Source of the DNA: a virus
Taxonomy: Duplodnaviria > Caudoviricetes
Reading direction: 5' to 3' (one strand)
DNA length: 64,000 nt
Virus record (IMG/VR): IMGVR_UViG_3300028805_002025
Span: 177,682-241,681 of that record
Positions 1 to 10,345 of this stretch are shown here, piece after piece (the first letter of the stretch is position 1; every line of letters starts with the position of its first letter). The notes beneath the pieces were generated by a model. That model saw only the letters and a list, made by a program, of their open reading frames with translations, searched no databases and had not been told where the DNA came from. The translations under genes were made by a program, and so were the position numbers.

Positions 1-50
1 TGAACTTTTTTACATTTTTCTATCCATTGTTCTGTTGTTAATTTTCTCAT
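1..50 (-). CDS. 5' end of a DUF723/Hef-type homing-endonuclease-like gene (runs off the window edge)
   Basis: Manual translation from ATG at 50 gives MRKLTTEQWIEKCKKV, matching the typical LTTEEFIEKAKKVHG repeat start; promoter motifs lie upstream. Confidence 0.55.
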   Translation of the reverse strand, partial: MRKLTTEQWIEKCKKV

Positions 51-118
51 ACAATATATATTTACTTATAAATATTGTTATATCCTCAAAAGTAACACCT
101 TTATTTATATTTTTTTTG

Positions 119-150
119 CAAAGATATATAAAAAACAGGAGAAAAACAAA
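119..150 (-). promoter_or_regulatory. Bacteroidota sigma-A-type promoter
   Basis: Minus strand TTTG (147-150), 20 nt spacer, TATCTTTG (119-126); fits TTTG-N19-21-TAnnTTTG. Confidence 0.65.
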
Positions 151-163
151 TATTTCTCCTGTT
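134..163 (-). terminator. Intrinsic terminator after the tail sheath gene
   Basis: AACAGGAGAAA / TTTCTCCTGTT inverted repeat with a T-run on the minus strand. Confidence 0.6.
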
Positions 164-199
164 AATTTATAGAATTTTATGTAACTTCTTGATTATCAA

Positions 200-3100
200 T
201 TAGATATCTGAAAATGAGACACCTTCTGGGGTCAAAATGAAGTCGATTACAATGTACTCAAGAGCGTTGTAAGGCTTGAAGTAAATCTTAACTGGAAGCT
301 CTCTTCTCTCTCTTGACTCGATTGTGTCGTTAATCTCGATTCTATAATCAGAGATACCTCTGTTACTTCTGATGCTATCCATGATTGGAGTTACGGTAGA
401 CAAGAATGACTGCTTAACAGTTGGGTCATTTGGCTCGAAGATAAGTCCTATGCAAGAGATTGCAATCAACTTTCTCATTCTGAGCAACAGTCTACGAACT
501 GCAATACGGTTGAGCTGAGACTCATTAATCTGAAGGTTCTTCTGACCCCAAATCTTAGGTCCATCCTGTGCGAATGTCTTGATTGGGTTGATTCTACCAT
601 CGTAAAGAACATCCTCGTCTGCCAACTTGGTGATGAAGTGTGCTCTTACACAGTCAACGTTACCACGCTCGATACCTGCTGGTGCGAACCAAGGCCATGA
701 CGTGTTATCCGTCTGTGCGAAGTTTCTAACTGCATCCTTCGTTGCTGGCAAGTAAATGTACTGACTGTTGTCAACGTCCAAGTACTTAACCCAAGGATAG
801 TATGTACAAGAGTAGTTAGAATCAATCTCAGAATCCTCAAGGTTTCCTACCGCCTCGTCTGGGGTGTACATCTCATCAACGTAATCACCAGCGCCACTTG
901 GTTTATCTGGGGTTGTTACAACGTAGATTGAGTCTGCTCTCTCTTCCTCAATCATTTCGATAGCCTCGTTAACAAGAAGCTTCTGGTTCACATAGTCGAT
1001 ACCTGGGGTAGCGAATACGTTAATGTCGGTTGCCTCTGGGTTAGAGAACTGTCTGATTGCGCTCAAGTAAGCATACCAGTCAGATGTGATACCGTTCTGA
1101 TTCAACTGTAGAAGGTCTGGGTCTTTGATTCTGTTGAATGCATAACCCTCACCGCTACCTGTATTGATATATCCTCTGTACTGAGACATCTTATACTCGT
1201 CAGTATTGGTTCTCTCATCTCTGTAGTCATCCCATCCATCGAATGCACCGTAGAAGTATACCGTAAACTTACGAAGATTTACATACTCATAGATTGAACC
1301 ATACATTTCCTCCTCTGTTCCAATCATTGGAATACCCTGTAGAATTGATGTTCTAGAGTCTGTAGATACACAGTCAAATACATAACCGCTTACACCATCT
1401 ACAGTATATTTCTCTGCTGCTAGACCACCATTAACACTGTCAAGCCTTGAGTCAAGGTGGAATCCATGAGACATAAACCTTGGGTCATTGATATATGCCT
1501 TATTACCCTTGAAGGTGAAGTTGTCAATATCGACACCAACCCAAGAAGAAAGTCCAAAGTACTGCTTCCTGTTCTTAACGTCTGGGTTGAAGAATCTGTT
1601 GTACTTCAAATCTGGCATTGTTATACCAGTCTTCTTCTCACCTGTTATTGGTAGACCACCGTAGTTAGGTACTGGGTATCCCAAGAATCCAGCAGGAACT
1701 GAAGTCCTTGTAGCTGTAGACTCGATAACCTCAACTGTAATATACTTAGACTTAGACTCGTATACACCGTCGAATGTACCAATCTTGTAGCCAATGAAGC
1801 TTGAATCACCAGGAGTCATAGAACAACGTCCGAATCTCTCAAGTGGGATGATAGACTCATCCACATCATCGATTCTACGTACAACTACGTCGAATACACC
1901 CTCATCTGGTCTGATATTCTCGATAGACACCTTAATCTCGTAGTTTGCACTGTTACCATCAGAAATGGTGTGGAATCTGAACAACTTGTTAAGCTCAACA
2001 TGCTCATAGTCACCCTTCAAGTTAGAAACAATCCAAGGTGTAGAAGCATATCTGTAAGCTGACTTATAGTCGTTAAGGTCAAGCTCTACGAATGCAACAT
2101 CTTCTTTATTACCAGTCTCACCATTCATTCTGTAGTAAAGACCATCATATGTGTTCAACACCAATGTAGCAAATTCTTTCTTAGCGTTTATTCTAGAAAG
2201 CTTGGTTTGGCTTTCAATTCCCTTTGTACCTCCGCTAAGAAGGTTTCCGTACATATTTGTTGGGTCAAGAACTTTATCTTTATCGGATACTGTAGCTCCT
2301 GGAGCATATTCGTCTACCACCTTATTAACACTGTCTACAGTATAGAATCCATAATAATAATGTCTCTTACCATCAGCAGTTGTATACTGTCTTACGGTAT
2401 AAATCTGACCAATCTGCATCTTGAACTGTGCTGGTATCGTATCAGCAACTGCCTTGTCGTCTTCCGTTAGACAGGTAAACGCATTTGTTATAGCTGTGTT
2501 TCCTATAATAGCAGTTGTAATCGCTGAATTAGCTACAACAACAATTTTACCAGATTCATCTTTTGTCTTCATACCAACCATAATAGGATTTCCAGTGTTG
2601 TAGTCCAATGCTACGCATGTGAATGCACTATCGCTAGCTGCTGCCTTATCAGCAAGGAATCTCTGTCCTACATGTCTTCTTCTAAGAGAAGTTGAAGGCA
2701 TTGATACTATGCTGCTAACTGGCTCATGGTGGCAATAGTCAGCTGTGTAGTAAACCTGGAATCCAGAAAGAGCACCATCAATCTCTGTAAGTCTGCCCTC
2801 TGCAATACCCTGGTCAAGTGCTACGTCATAAAGTGACTCAACGAAGATATAAGCATCACCATCATATGGCTTTGTACCAAGTACGTTAAGGATGTACTCC
2901 TTATCATATGGGTTAAGCGATACTGCATACTCAAAGTAACCATTCTCGAATTGCTTCTGTGTAATTATAGTGTCAACATCGCTCTTACAATGAGCACCAT
3001 ATACACCCACAAGTTTGAATCTACCGTGATTGTACTGTGAAATAGCATTCCAAGAATCACCTTCAACACCTGTTATTTCATAGCCTTCGCACTCATCACC

Positions 3101-3673
3101 ATCACTGTTGATTGGTATATATGGCTTAATCTGAAGTGCGTTAAGGTTATATTCCTTCTTTGAGCAGTCATTAACCTCACTATCAGAAAGTGCTGGCTCA
3201 CCAACATAGAAGCTCAATGAGTCATACTTTGAAGGCTCACAGGTACAAACCGTAGTAAAGCCTGTCTGGAATGGCTTGTAAGTACCACGTGAACGAAGGA
3301 GAGCTACTGCCTGTCTATTACCAGTACCTTTAGATGCTGTAACAAGCCAAGCAGGACCTGCATTATAACCACTAAGTCCAAGCACACGAACAACCTTAAG
3401 CTGCTCACTTTCAGTCAAATATGACTTTGCAATGTAAGGCAACTCATATTTAGGGTACTGACTTCCCTTAAACTTCTCAGTACTTGTTCCACCAAATGTC
3501 TCCTGGAACTCACGCCAGTTGGCGATGTCCATTGGCTGGAAAGCAGGACCTTTCAAGGTCTCACCCACAACACCAAGTGTTGTGATACCAAGGCTACGAA
3601 CTGCGTAAGTCATGTCGATTTCCCTGGTATATATACCTGGTGAAACATGTATTCCTCTTGCATTATCTGCCAT
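200..3673 (-). CDS. Contractile tail sheath protein (gp18-like) with a large insertion
   Basis: N-term SPGIYTREID and GETLKGPAF; C-term YYPWV, PWFAPAGIERG, INPI, IWGQKNLQ, RIAVRRLL, FEPND sheath motifs. Confidence 0.93.
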   Translation of the reverse strand: MADNARGIHVSPGIYTREIDMTYAVRSLGITTLGVVGETLKGPAFQPMDIANWREFQETFGGTSTEKFKGSQYPKYELPYIAKSYLTESEQLKVVRVLGLSGYNAGPAWLVTASKGTGNRQAVALLRSRGTYKPFQTGFTTVCTCEPSKYDSLSFYVGEPALSDSEVNDCSKKEYNLNALQIKPYIPINSDGDECEGYEITGVEGDSWNAISQYNHGRFKLVGVYGAHCKSDVDTIITQKQFENGYFEYAVSLNPYDKEYILNVLGTKPYDGDAYIFVESLYDVALDQGIAEGRLTEIDGALSGFQVYYTADYCHHEPVSSIVSMPSTSLRRRHVGQRFLADKAAASDSAFTCVALDYNTGNPIMVGMKTKDESGKIVVVANSAITTAIIGNTAITNAFTCLTEDDKAVADTIPAQFKMQIGQIYTVRQYTTADGKRHYYYGFYTVDSVNKVVDEYAPGATVSDKDKVLDPTNMYGNLLSGGTKGIESQTKLSRINAKKEFATLVLNTYDGLYYRMNGETGNKEDVAFVELDLNDYKSAYRYASTPWIVSNLKGDYEHVELNKLFRFHTISDGNSANYEIKVSIENIRPDEGVFDVVVRRIDDVDESIIPLERFGRCSMTPGDSSFIGYKIGTFDGVYESKSKYITVEVIESTATRTSVPAGFLGYPVPNYGGLPITGEKKTGITMPDLKYNRFFNPDVKNRKQYFGLSSWVGVDIDNFTFKGNKAYINDPRFMSHGFHLDSRLDSVNGGLAAEKYTVDGVSGYVFDCVSTDSRTSILQGIPMIGTEEEMYGSIYEYVNLRKFTVYFYGAFDGWDDYRDERTNTDEYKMSQYRGYINTGSGEGYAFNRIKDPDLLQLNQNGITSDWYAYLSAIRQFSNPEATDINVFATPGIDYVNQKLLVNEAIEMIEEERADSIYVVTTPDKPSGAGDYVDEMYTPDEAVGNLEDSEIDSNYSCTYYPWVKYLDVDNSQYIYLPATKDAVRNFAQTDNTSWPWFAPAGIERGNVDCVRAHFITKLADEDVLYDGRINPIKTFAQDGPKIWGQKNLQINESQLNRIAVRRLLLRMRKLIAISCIGLIFEPNDPTVKQSFLSTVTPIMDSIRSNRGISDYRIEINDTIESRERRELPVKIYFKPYNALEYIVIDFILTPEGVSFSDI

Positions 3674-3716
3674 AATTTCTTTAATATTTAAATTTTATTA
3701 GTTATTTTTCTTATAT

Positions 3717-3724
3717 ATAAATAT
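3717..3724 (-). promoter_or_regulatory. Putative late promoter element ATATTTAT
   Basis: Motif recurs 10-55 nt upstream of structural gene starts throughout the window. Confidence 0.65.
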
Positions 3725-3737
3725 TTAATGTGTCCCA

Positions 3738-4073
3738 TTAATTACCCCAGAACTTGTTTTTTGCAACAATATTTTTAAACTCCTCATCCTCAACGGTATC
3801 CGTCATAAAGTCAATGAATCTAAGCATTTTGGACACATCTAAGTGAACTTCTTCCTGTATTAACTTATTGTGATACTCCTTGAGTTTATCCTTGTCCTTG
3901 AACTTGTTGTAATACTCTTCCTGGAGTTTAAAGAAAAGGTTTGTAACCCTTCCAACATCCTTTAAATAGTCATACAATACACGAACATTCTCGAAAGATA
4001 AGTCAAACTTGAACCTGTTCTCTATCTCCAACAGGAATCTTTCTACAATCATCAATTTTTCTACTGTAATCAT
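3738..4073 (-). CDS. Hypothetical protein
   Basis: 111 aa ORF with ATATTTAT upstream (4095-4102). Confidence 0.7.
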   Translation of the reverse strand: MITVEKLMIVERFLLEIENRFKFDLSFENVRVLYDYLKDVGRVTNLFFKLQEEYYNKFKDKDKLKEYHNKLIQEEVHLDVSKMLRFIDFMTDTVEDEEFKNIVAKNKFWGN

Positions 4074-4123
4074 TGTAACACTGTTTTATTAATTATAAAT
4101 ATCAGCCCAAACCCGAAAACACA

Positions 4124-4152
4124 AAATGGGCGGTCAATAAAACCGTCCATTT
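4124..4152 (-). terminator. Intrinsic terminator
   Basis: AAATGGGCGGT / ACCGTCCATTT hairpin at the end of 4151..5488. Confidence 0.55.
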
Positions 4153-5488
4153 ATTCTTCGCCCTCTGATGGGTCTATTAATATCTCCTCATTGTAATAAG
4201 GCTCATCAAGTGATGACTCTGGTACATCAAGCTTGTCGAACTTCGTGTGTGGGTCATATCCGACAAGGGTCAATACAGACGTACCGAACTCATCCTCCCT
4301 TGAAATCCTCACGGTAATTTCATCATCCTTAAGGAAAGTAATTCCATTGTCAAGATTCATTACCTCACCGTTGACTATTATCTTGAAATCGTATACATTC
4401 TCTGTCTCCACTGAATCAAGCACCATGTCCTTATCAATCTTGAATGTAAGTTCAAGTATACATTCGTCAAAATTCATGACTACCTTCATGGTCTTATAGA
4501 AGTACCTGTCGTCTGGTGGTGGGCAACACTCATCATTACCGTCAAGCTCCTCAAGAATTTCTGGTGGCGGAGGTGTAACATCCTTTAATGGTGGTACTTC
4601 GCACTCATCATCATTCTTTAATGCATTCTCCAAGAACCCAATCTTGTTTCCAGTGAACATTCCGTCAAGGCCCTCTACGAAGTGAACCTTCTCATCTTCT
4701 CTTCTGTTTTTACCCCTCCTGTTTACTATTCCAGTTGCATCAGAATCGTGTGAACTTATCACAAGTCTTGAAGGTATTCTCTCAACCTTATAGTCCTCTC
4801 TCCTTATTATATAACCCTTTAGTTTTACCTTGAATGTCTGAGAGTAATATTTACGGTCATCTATGGCGTATTCTGACTCGTCTGACACATCTTCAAGGGT
4901 AAGAGGCATTGGATGGCCATTAGGAGAAATATAAGCCGTTATAGCATTAAATTCGTAATGCATCAGCTCATTCATTTCATTCAGTATCTCCATCTTATTC
5001 GTTATGATTGATACAGAATATATGAAATTGACAGCAAATGGCTGCTTCATGGTGTACTTGTCATAAGCCTCAGTACCGTTCTCCTGTAATACAGGAACGT
5101 AGAACATAGCGAAATCCTTGTGACCTGGTATATTGAAGTAACTACCCTGGTTTTCGCCCTTCTGTGGATTATTCTCACGTGTGATGGTCTTGAAATTCAT
5201 TATAACATTGCCATAATCATCCGTCTGACTCCATGTCTGTGAGTATTCACTTATCCTCTGTGTTGAATACAGCTTGTATGTAGGTAGTCTCACACCATCG
5301 TAGACAAGATTAAACTTCTTGTCAACCCAATTGAACATTTCCTGGTCTATGTCGGAGTACTCTATACTTTTTGGTATGGGAGTCCCATACTCCAAGATTA
5401 GCTTCGACATGTTGCGTCTTCTCTCCGTCCCGTAAGCATGGCGACGAAGCCTCAGCTTGTCCATATATGGCTTTGGTTGTATTAACAT
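4151..5488 (-). CDS. Putative tail completion / sheath-stabiliser protein (gp15-like) with acidic C-terminal extension
   Basis: Near the sheath gene; DIDQEMFNWV and PFAVNFIYSVSIITNKMEILNEMNE resemble the gp15-like core. Confidence 0.5.
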   Translation of the reverse strand: MLIQPKPYMDKLRLRRHAYGTERRRNMSKLILEYGTPIPKSIEYSDIDQEMFNWVDKKFNLVYDGVRLPTYKLYSTQRISEYSQTWSQTDDYGNVIMNFKTITRENNPQKGENQGSYFNIPGHKDFAMFYVPVLQENGTEAYDKYTMKQPFAVNFIYSVSIITNKMEILNEMNELMHYEFNAITAYISPNGHPMPLTLEDVSDESEYAIDDRKYYSQTFKVKLKGYIIRREDYKVERIPSRLVISSHDSDATGIVNRRGKNRREDEKVHFVEGLDGMFTGNKIGFLENALKNDDECEVPPLKDVTPPPPEILEELDGNDECCPPPDDRYFYKTMKVVMNFDECILELTFKIDKDMVLDSVETENVYDFKIIVNGEVMNLDNGITFLKDDEITVRISREDEFGTSVLTLVGYDPHTKFDKLDVPESSLDEPYYNEEILIDPSEGEE

Positions 5489-5509
5489 TTCTATACTTTT
5501 TTATTTCCT

Positions 5510-5521
5510 ATAAATATTTAT
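5510..5521. promoter_or_regulatory. Bidirectional late promoter palindrome ATAAATATTTAT
   Basis: Perfect 12 bp palindrome 21-22 nt from both divergent starts (5488 minus, 5544 plus). Confidence 0.7.
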
Positions 5522-5543
5522 TATATATAAAAACAGAAACATT

Positions 5544-5759
5544 ATGAAGAAGATTATAAGACTTACAGAATCAGACCTTCACAAAATCGTGAAAGAATCA
5601 GTAAACAAAATACTTGGAGAACTTAAAGGATACACATATGACCCTACAGATGGAGGGTATTATGATAGATTTGGAAATGAGGCTGAATACGATGAAGATG
5701 GCGTGCCTTATGACCCATACGAATATGAAGGAGAAGATTATCTGGGTAATCCAGTATAA
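5544..5759 (+). CDS. Small acidic protein with putative capsid-targeting leader
   Basis: MKKIIRLTESDLHKIVKESVNKILGE followed by a Tyr/Asp/Glu-rich tail. Confidence 0.75.
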   Translation: MKKIIRLTESDLHKIVKESVNKILGELKGYTYDPTDGGYYDRFGNEAEYDEDGVPYDPYEYEGEDYLGNPV

Positions 5760-5764
5760 ACAAT

Positions 5765-5795
5765 AAAAGGACTCAAACGCTTGAGTCCTTTTTTA
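5765..5795. terminator. Bidirectional terminator
   Basis: AAAAGGACTCAA-acgc-TTGAGTCCTTTT between convergent genes. Confidence 0.75.
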
Positions 5796-6636
5796 TTATC
5801 TTTATATCCTTAGGATTAAATATAACGTAATTCTTGAATTTCTTCCCTGTTTCAGTGTTTGTATGCACCCACACAAGTCCTTTATAGCCAAGTTTATCAT
5901 GTAGGAATTCACTTGTTTCCTTGTCACTACCAAGGAAAGACGATATTGTGCCATAAAGTGTGTTTCCATCTGTTGAATGACCAATATATTTGCATTCCTC
6001 ATCCCAGAACTCTCTTTCATAACCAGCATACGCCTCACTGCCATACTCATGTTCCTTCGTATAGTAGTTAAAGAAAACACGTGCAATTCTCATTGCCAAT
6101 GCTGGACTTATTCTATCAAGGTTAAGATATCCCTTATCTGGTATTTCAACAGTATATATCATGCCTACCTGCGAATATTCCTTGGCACATTCATAACTTG
6201 TGGTAAGATAAGCACCATATCCATAAGCTTGCTGTCCCCATCCGCTTGACATATAGGCAAAATCGAATTCATTGAAATCATGTGGCGAGCCATGAAACAG
6301 CTCAAGTTCATCAATAGCTTCCATGATGTATCTGCTAATCTTAGATTCCCAGGCATAATCTTTTCTACCAGCAGGCTCTATGAAACCGTCTGGATTATAG
6401 TCTTGCCTCATGACGGGATGTTTAACCTCTGGAGCACAGCATTTCTTGAACAGAGGAAAGTCCCTTGCAATCTCTGTTTTCAGACTGTTAACATAGCCAC
6501 CCTTTCCTCCGACACGCTTAAATCCATATCCTTTCAGCTTGGCAAATTTGTGTATTGCTGCTGGTGGTGGAACTGTTGGTAGGTTATATGCCTTGGCAAT
6601 ATCCCTTGCTATTGTCTTTGGGTCTAAAATCTTCAT
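5773..6636 (-). CDS. Protein with C-terminal ADP-ribosyltransferase-like (ART-PolyVal type) domain
   Basis: LFHGSPHDFNEFD...GQQAYGYGAYLTTS...AKEY...YVIFNPKDIKII pattern; ATG at 6636 is preferred over TTG at 6645. Confidence 0.7.
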   Translation of the reverse strand: MKILDPKTIARDIAKAYNLPTVPPPAAIHKFAKLKGYGFKRVGGKGGYVNSLKTEIARDFPLFKKCCAPEVKHPVMRQDYNPDGFIEPAGRKDYAWESKISRYIMEAIDELELFHGSPHDFNEFDFAYMSSGWGQQAYGYGAYLTTSYECAKEYSQVGMIYTVEIPDKGYLNLDRISPALAMRIARVFFNYYTKEHEYGSEAYAGYEREFWDEECKYIGHSTDGNTLYGTISSFLGSDKETSEFLHDKLGYKGLVWVHTNTETGKKFKNYVIFNPKDIKIIKKDSSV

Positions 6637-6661
6637 AACAAACAATTTTTTATATAAATAT

Positions 6662-6692
6662 TTTGTTTTTTAACTTTTTTTATATATCTTTG
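6662..6692 (+). promoter_or_regulatory. Bacteroidota sigma-A-type promoter of the DNA polymerase gene
   Basis: TTTG (6662-6665), 19 nt spacer, TATCTTTG (6685-6692). Confidence 0.75.
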
Positions 6693-6754
6693 CAATATGA
6701 AGCGATGACTATACAATGTAGCCTACAACTTCAATTAACTTAACAATTATTTAT

Positions 6755-9700
6755 ATGAAACAAATTACATCAGAGGTCGTTAATACTTTCCTTAACGGAC
6801 ATGACCCAATGGAGCACATCATTACCATAGAATGTGACTACCAGGACGATAGGGTAAGTATTGTTTTTGTGAATGACAAAGGAGAAAAAAGGGTCAGATT
6901 GGACGATTTTAAGCCGTTTTTGTGGTGCAAAAACAGCGCAGCAATCAGATTATTTGGTGGTGACAGGAAAGAACTTATCTCTCAGATGAGAAGATATGGC
7001 ATATCCTGTAAAAGACTTACAACTTCGGATGATGGTAACGTCAGTGACCGTCTTGAGAATGGCTACAAGTACATGTTCTATGCGAACAGGAGAATGAGTT
7101 ACCAGAAGTTCCTCAGCTTTTTCAAGGATGCTGGAGTGCCAGTGCATGAGTCGAAGAAAAACGGGCAAACTGGTGAAACCAACAGGGAATATATGGTGGT
7201 AACTCCAGTTGAACAGTACATGATTCAGACTGGTAAGAGACTGTTTAAGGGTTATGAGAATTATAATGACTTGAACAGATTTATCTTCGACCTTGAAACA
7301 CAGGGACTTAACCCAAGAATACATAGAATTGAACAGATTGGTATCCATACCAACAGAGGCTTTGATAAAATCATTTCGGTTACTGGTAATACCAAAGAGG
7401 AACTTGATGCCAGTGAGCTTAATGCAATTGACATGTTTCTTTACATATTGTCAATTACAAAGCCAGATACAGTTGTAGGTCACAACTCAGAGAACTTTGA
7501 CTGGGACTTTCTTATTGTAAGATGTGAAGAGCTTGGTGCGGACTTTAAGGAAATGAGTTTAAAGTACTTCAAGCACCCTATCTACAAGAAGCAGAAAGAG
7601 TCGGTTCTTAAACTTGGTGGAGAGGTAGAGTACTATCGTCCAACAGTCATGTGGGGTCACATCATTCTTGATTCACTTCATGCTTCAAGAAGAGCACAGG
7701 CTATCGACTCTAACATGAAGAAATCAAACTTGAAATATGTTACCAAATACCTTGACTTGAAGAAGCCAAACCGTGTGTATGTTCCAGGTGACAAGATTAC
7801 AAAAACTTGGGCTGTAACTGAAGAGAAATACGGCTTCTGTGACGAGGATGGAGACTGGTATTTAGTAACTGAAAAACATAAGCTTCTTCCAGGATATAAG
7901 ATGGTTTCTGGTAGGTATATAGTAGAAAGATACCTCCTAGATGACCTATGGGAAACCGATAAAGTGGAAGATAAACTTAATGAGTCTAACTTCCTGGTAG
8001 GTAAGATGTTGCCTACAACATTCTCTAGGGCTTGTACAATGGGTACAGCAGGTATATGGAAGCTAATTATGCTTGCGTGGGGTTATGAAAACAACCTAGC
8101 CATTCCAGCAGCAGCACCTAACAAGAGGTTCACTGGTGGTTTGTCAAGGCTTCTTAAGACTGGATATGTTGACCGTATTGTGAAGCTTGACTACAATTCC
8201 TTGTATCCATCAATTATCCTTACATGGCATGTATCTACGCCTATTGATACAATGAATGTGATGCTTTCATTCCTTGAATACATCCTAACCCAGCGCGAAA
8301 AGTATAAGAACTTGAAGGGAGAGGCTGGAGACAAGGCTAAGGAACTGGAGAAACAGTTGAAAGCATATGAGGGACAGGATGAAATGTTTAAGAAGAAGCT
8401 GGCAGAAGAGATACAGTACTGGAAGATTGAGAAATCTGGTAACGATAAGAAACAGTTGCCTTTGAAGATTCTCGCCAACTCATTCTTCGGCTCTTATGGA
8501 GCACCTAACATATTCCCATATGGAGACGTTATCGCTGCTGAGAAGACCACCTGTATTGGTCGTATGTCACTGAGACTTATGATTTACCACTTCACAGGCA
8601 TTGGATATACACCTATCGTGGGTGATACCGACGGTTTCAACTTCCAGATGCCAAGAGAGGAAGATTTCAGATATACAGCAGACCATCCTTATATTGGCAA
8701 GGGTCTTGGTCGTAACACTGTCAAGGGTAAGGAATATACTAGAGTTGAGGCTGATGTGGCTGAGTTTGAGGACTTGTTCATGGCACAGGCTTACAACGGT
8801 GGTGTAAACAAGATGGGTCTTGGTATCGATGAATACTGTGATGCTACCATCAATTTCGCCAGAAAGAACTATGCAGACCTTATGCCAAACGGTAAGACAA
8901 AGAAGGTGGGTAACACCATTAAATCAAGGAAGATGTCTGGCTATCTGGAGAAATTCATTGATGACGGTGTAGACCTGTTGCTTAGAAACAATGGCTACAA
9001 GTTCTTGTCTAACTACTACGACTATATAGAGAAGATTTACAACTATCAGATTCCTATCAAGGATATCGCTTCAAAGGGAAATATCAAGAAGACAATTAAG
9101 GATTATATAGCAGATTGTAACACCCTTACAAAGTCTGGTAGTAAGAAATCAAGGCAGGCTTGGTATGAACTTGTAATCAAAGAAGACGTGAAGGTTAACG
9201 TGAGTGATACCATTTATTACATCAATACTGGTACTAAGAAGGGTCATTCAGATGTTAAGCGTGTAACCCATTATTTCACATTTGATAATAATGGCGAAAA
9301 GGTAGAGATTACAAAGGAGGTCGAGAAATTATACAAGGAGCAGAAGGGTAAGACAAGACTTGAACTTGCTAAAGAAGCTTATCCGAAGGCTTACGAGGAA
9401 GATGAAATAATCCTCAACTGTAAGCTAGTTCCTAACGACATTGTGGATAGTGAAGAGGATGTGCTTTGCAGTGACTACGAGGGTCTTGAATACAATGTAG
9501 AGAAATATATTGACCAATTCAATAAGCGTATTACTCCATTGCTTGTATGCTTCCACCCAGATATTAGGAATAAGATTCTCATTACAGACCCTAAGGATAG
9601 AAAATTCTTCACGGAACAGGAATCTAAGCTTGTCAATGGCTATCCTAACAAGCCAGAAGACCAGGATACCTTCGAAGCTCTGATGACCCCAGAGAGGAAG

Positions 9701-10048
9701 GAAATCGAATTCTGGACAAGTATTAATGAAGTTCCTCCGTTCGTTAAGGAATGTAATATTGATTGGGATGGTCTCGTAGCAGACTTGAAGAAAACCAAGG
9801 AAACTGAAAATGACTATGTATATCAGCTTGAGAATAAGAAATACCTTGATGCCCTCAATGAACTCACAGATGCAGATGTAAATGCATTTGAAGAAGATGG
9901 TAAATTACCAAGTTCTATTTCAAGTATTATGACGCTTGGTTCTGATATGAGACTCTATTTCAAGAAGATACCAGAGAGAACACCTTCAACAGGTGGATAT
10001 GTATTTGATGATATAATGTACAGCTTTATTGAAAACGCTGAAGGATAA
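6755..10048 (+). CDS. polB: Family B DNA polymerase with 3'-5' exonuclease
   Basis: Exo motifs DLET, GHNSENFDW, YLLDD; polymerase motifs DYNSLYPS, KILANSFFG, GDTDG. Confidence 0.95.
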   Translation: MKQITSEVVNTFLNGHDPMEHIITIECDYQDDRVSIVFVNDKGEKRVRLDDFKPFLWCKNSAAIRLFGGDRKELISQMRRYGISCKRLTTSDDGNVSDRLENGYKYMFYANRRMSYQKFLSFFKDAGVPVHESKKNGQTGETNREYMVVTPVEQYMIQTGKRLFKGYENYNDLNRFIFDLETQGLNPRIHRIEQIGIHTNRGFDKIISVTGNTKEELDASELNAIDMFLYILSITKPDTVVGHNSENFDWDFLIVRCEELGADFKEMSLKYFKHPIYKKQKESVLKLGGEVEYYRPTVMWGHIILDSLHASRRAQAIDSNMKKSNLKYVTKYLDLKKPNRVYVPGDKITKTWAVTEEKYGFCDEDGDWYLVTEKHKLLPGYKMVSGRYIVERYLLDDLWETDKVEDKLNESNFLVGKMLPTTFSRACTMGTAGIWKLIMLAWGYENNLAIPAAAPNKRFTGGLSRLLKTGYVDRIVKLDYNSLYPSIILTWHVSTPIDTMNVMLSFLEYILTQREKYKNLKGEAGDKAKELEKQLKAYEGQDEMFKKKLAEEIQYWKIEKSGNDKKQLPLKILANSFFGSYGAPNIFPYGDVIAAEKTTCIGRMSLRLMIYHFTGIGYTPIVGDTDGFNFQMPREEDFRYTADHPYIGKGLGRNTVKGKEYTRVEADVAEFEDLFMAQAYNGGVNKMGLGIDEYCDATINFARKNYADLMPNGKTKKVGNTIKSRKMSGYLEKFIDDGVDLLLRNNGYKFLSNYYDYIEKIYNYQIPIKDIASKGNIKKTIKDYIADCNTLTKSGSKKSRQAWYELVIKEDVKVNVSDTIYYINTGTKKGHSDVKRVTHYFTFDNNGEKVEITKEVEKLYKEQKGKTRLELAKEAYPKAYEEDEIILNCKLVPNDIVDSEEDVLCSDYEGLEYNVEKYIDQFNKRITPLLVCFHPDIRNKILITDPKDRKFFTEQESKLVNGYPNKPEDQDTFEALMTPERKEIEFWTSINEVPPFVKECNIDWDGLVADLKKTKETENDYVYQLENKKYLDALNELTDADVNAFEEDGKLPSSISSIMTLGSDMRLYFKKIPERTPSTGGYVFDDIMYSFIENAEG

Positions 10049-10085
10049 AAAAAGAGGCTAGATTGTTTCTAGCCTCTTTTTTTTT
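10047..10085. terminator. Bidirectional terminator
   Basis: AAAAGAGGCTAGA / TCTAGCCTCTTTT flanked by A and T runs. Confidence 0.8.
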
Positions 10086-10092
10086 AACATAT

Positions 10093-10239
10093 TTATCCTC
10101 TCACAATTCCGCAAATCAACAATGCAATCATCATAACCATTTCCCCAAACATCATATTCCACCTACCGTCATCCATATACAGTGTATAAACCACATATGG
10201 AAACCTAGCAACACTAGTAATTAAAACGTATTTATCCAT
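10093..10239 (-). CDS. Small hydrophobic protein (48 aa, not in the ORF track)
   Basis: Manual translation MDKYVLITSVARFPYVVYTLYMDDGRWNMMFGEMVMMIALLICGIVRG. Confidence 0.4.
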   Translation of the reverse strand: MDKYVLITSVARFPYVVYTLYMDDGRWNMMFGEMVMMIALLICGIVRG

Positions 10240-10345
10240 TTTATTTAAAATTATTTTAGATTATAAAATCTATTTTTTAATTCGTAAAATAAATAGATGA
10301 AAAATAAAAATAGCACCATTTCTGGTGTCATTTTTGCAAAGTTTA

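Noticed and set aside
6755-10048. Intein or intron in the DNA polymerase
   Set aside because: No intein splice-junction or LAGLIDADG motifs seen; polymerase motifs lie in one continuous ORF
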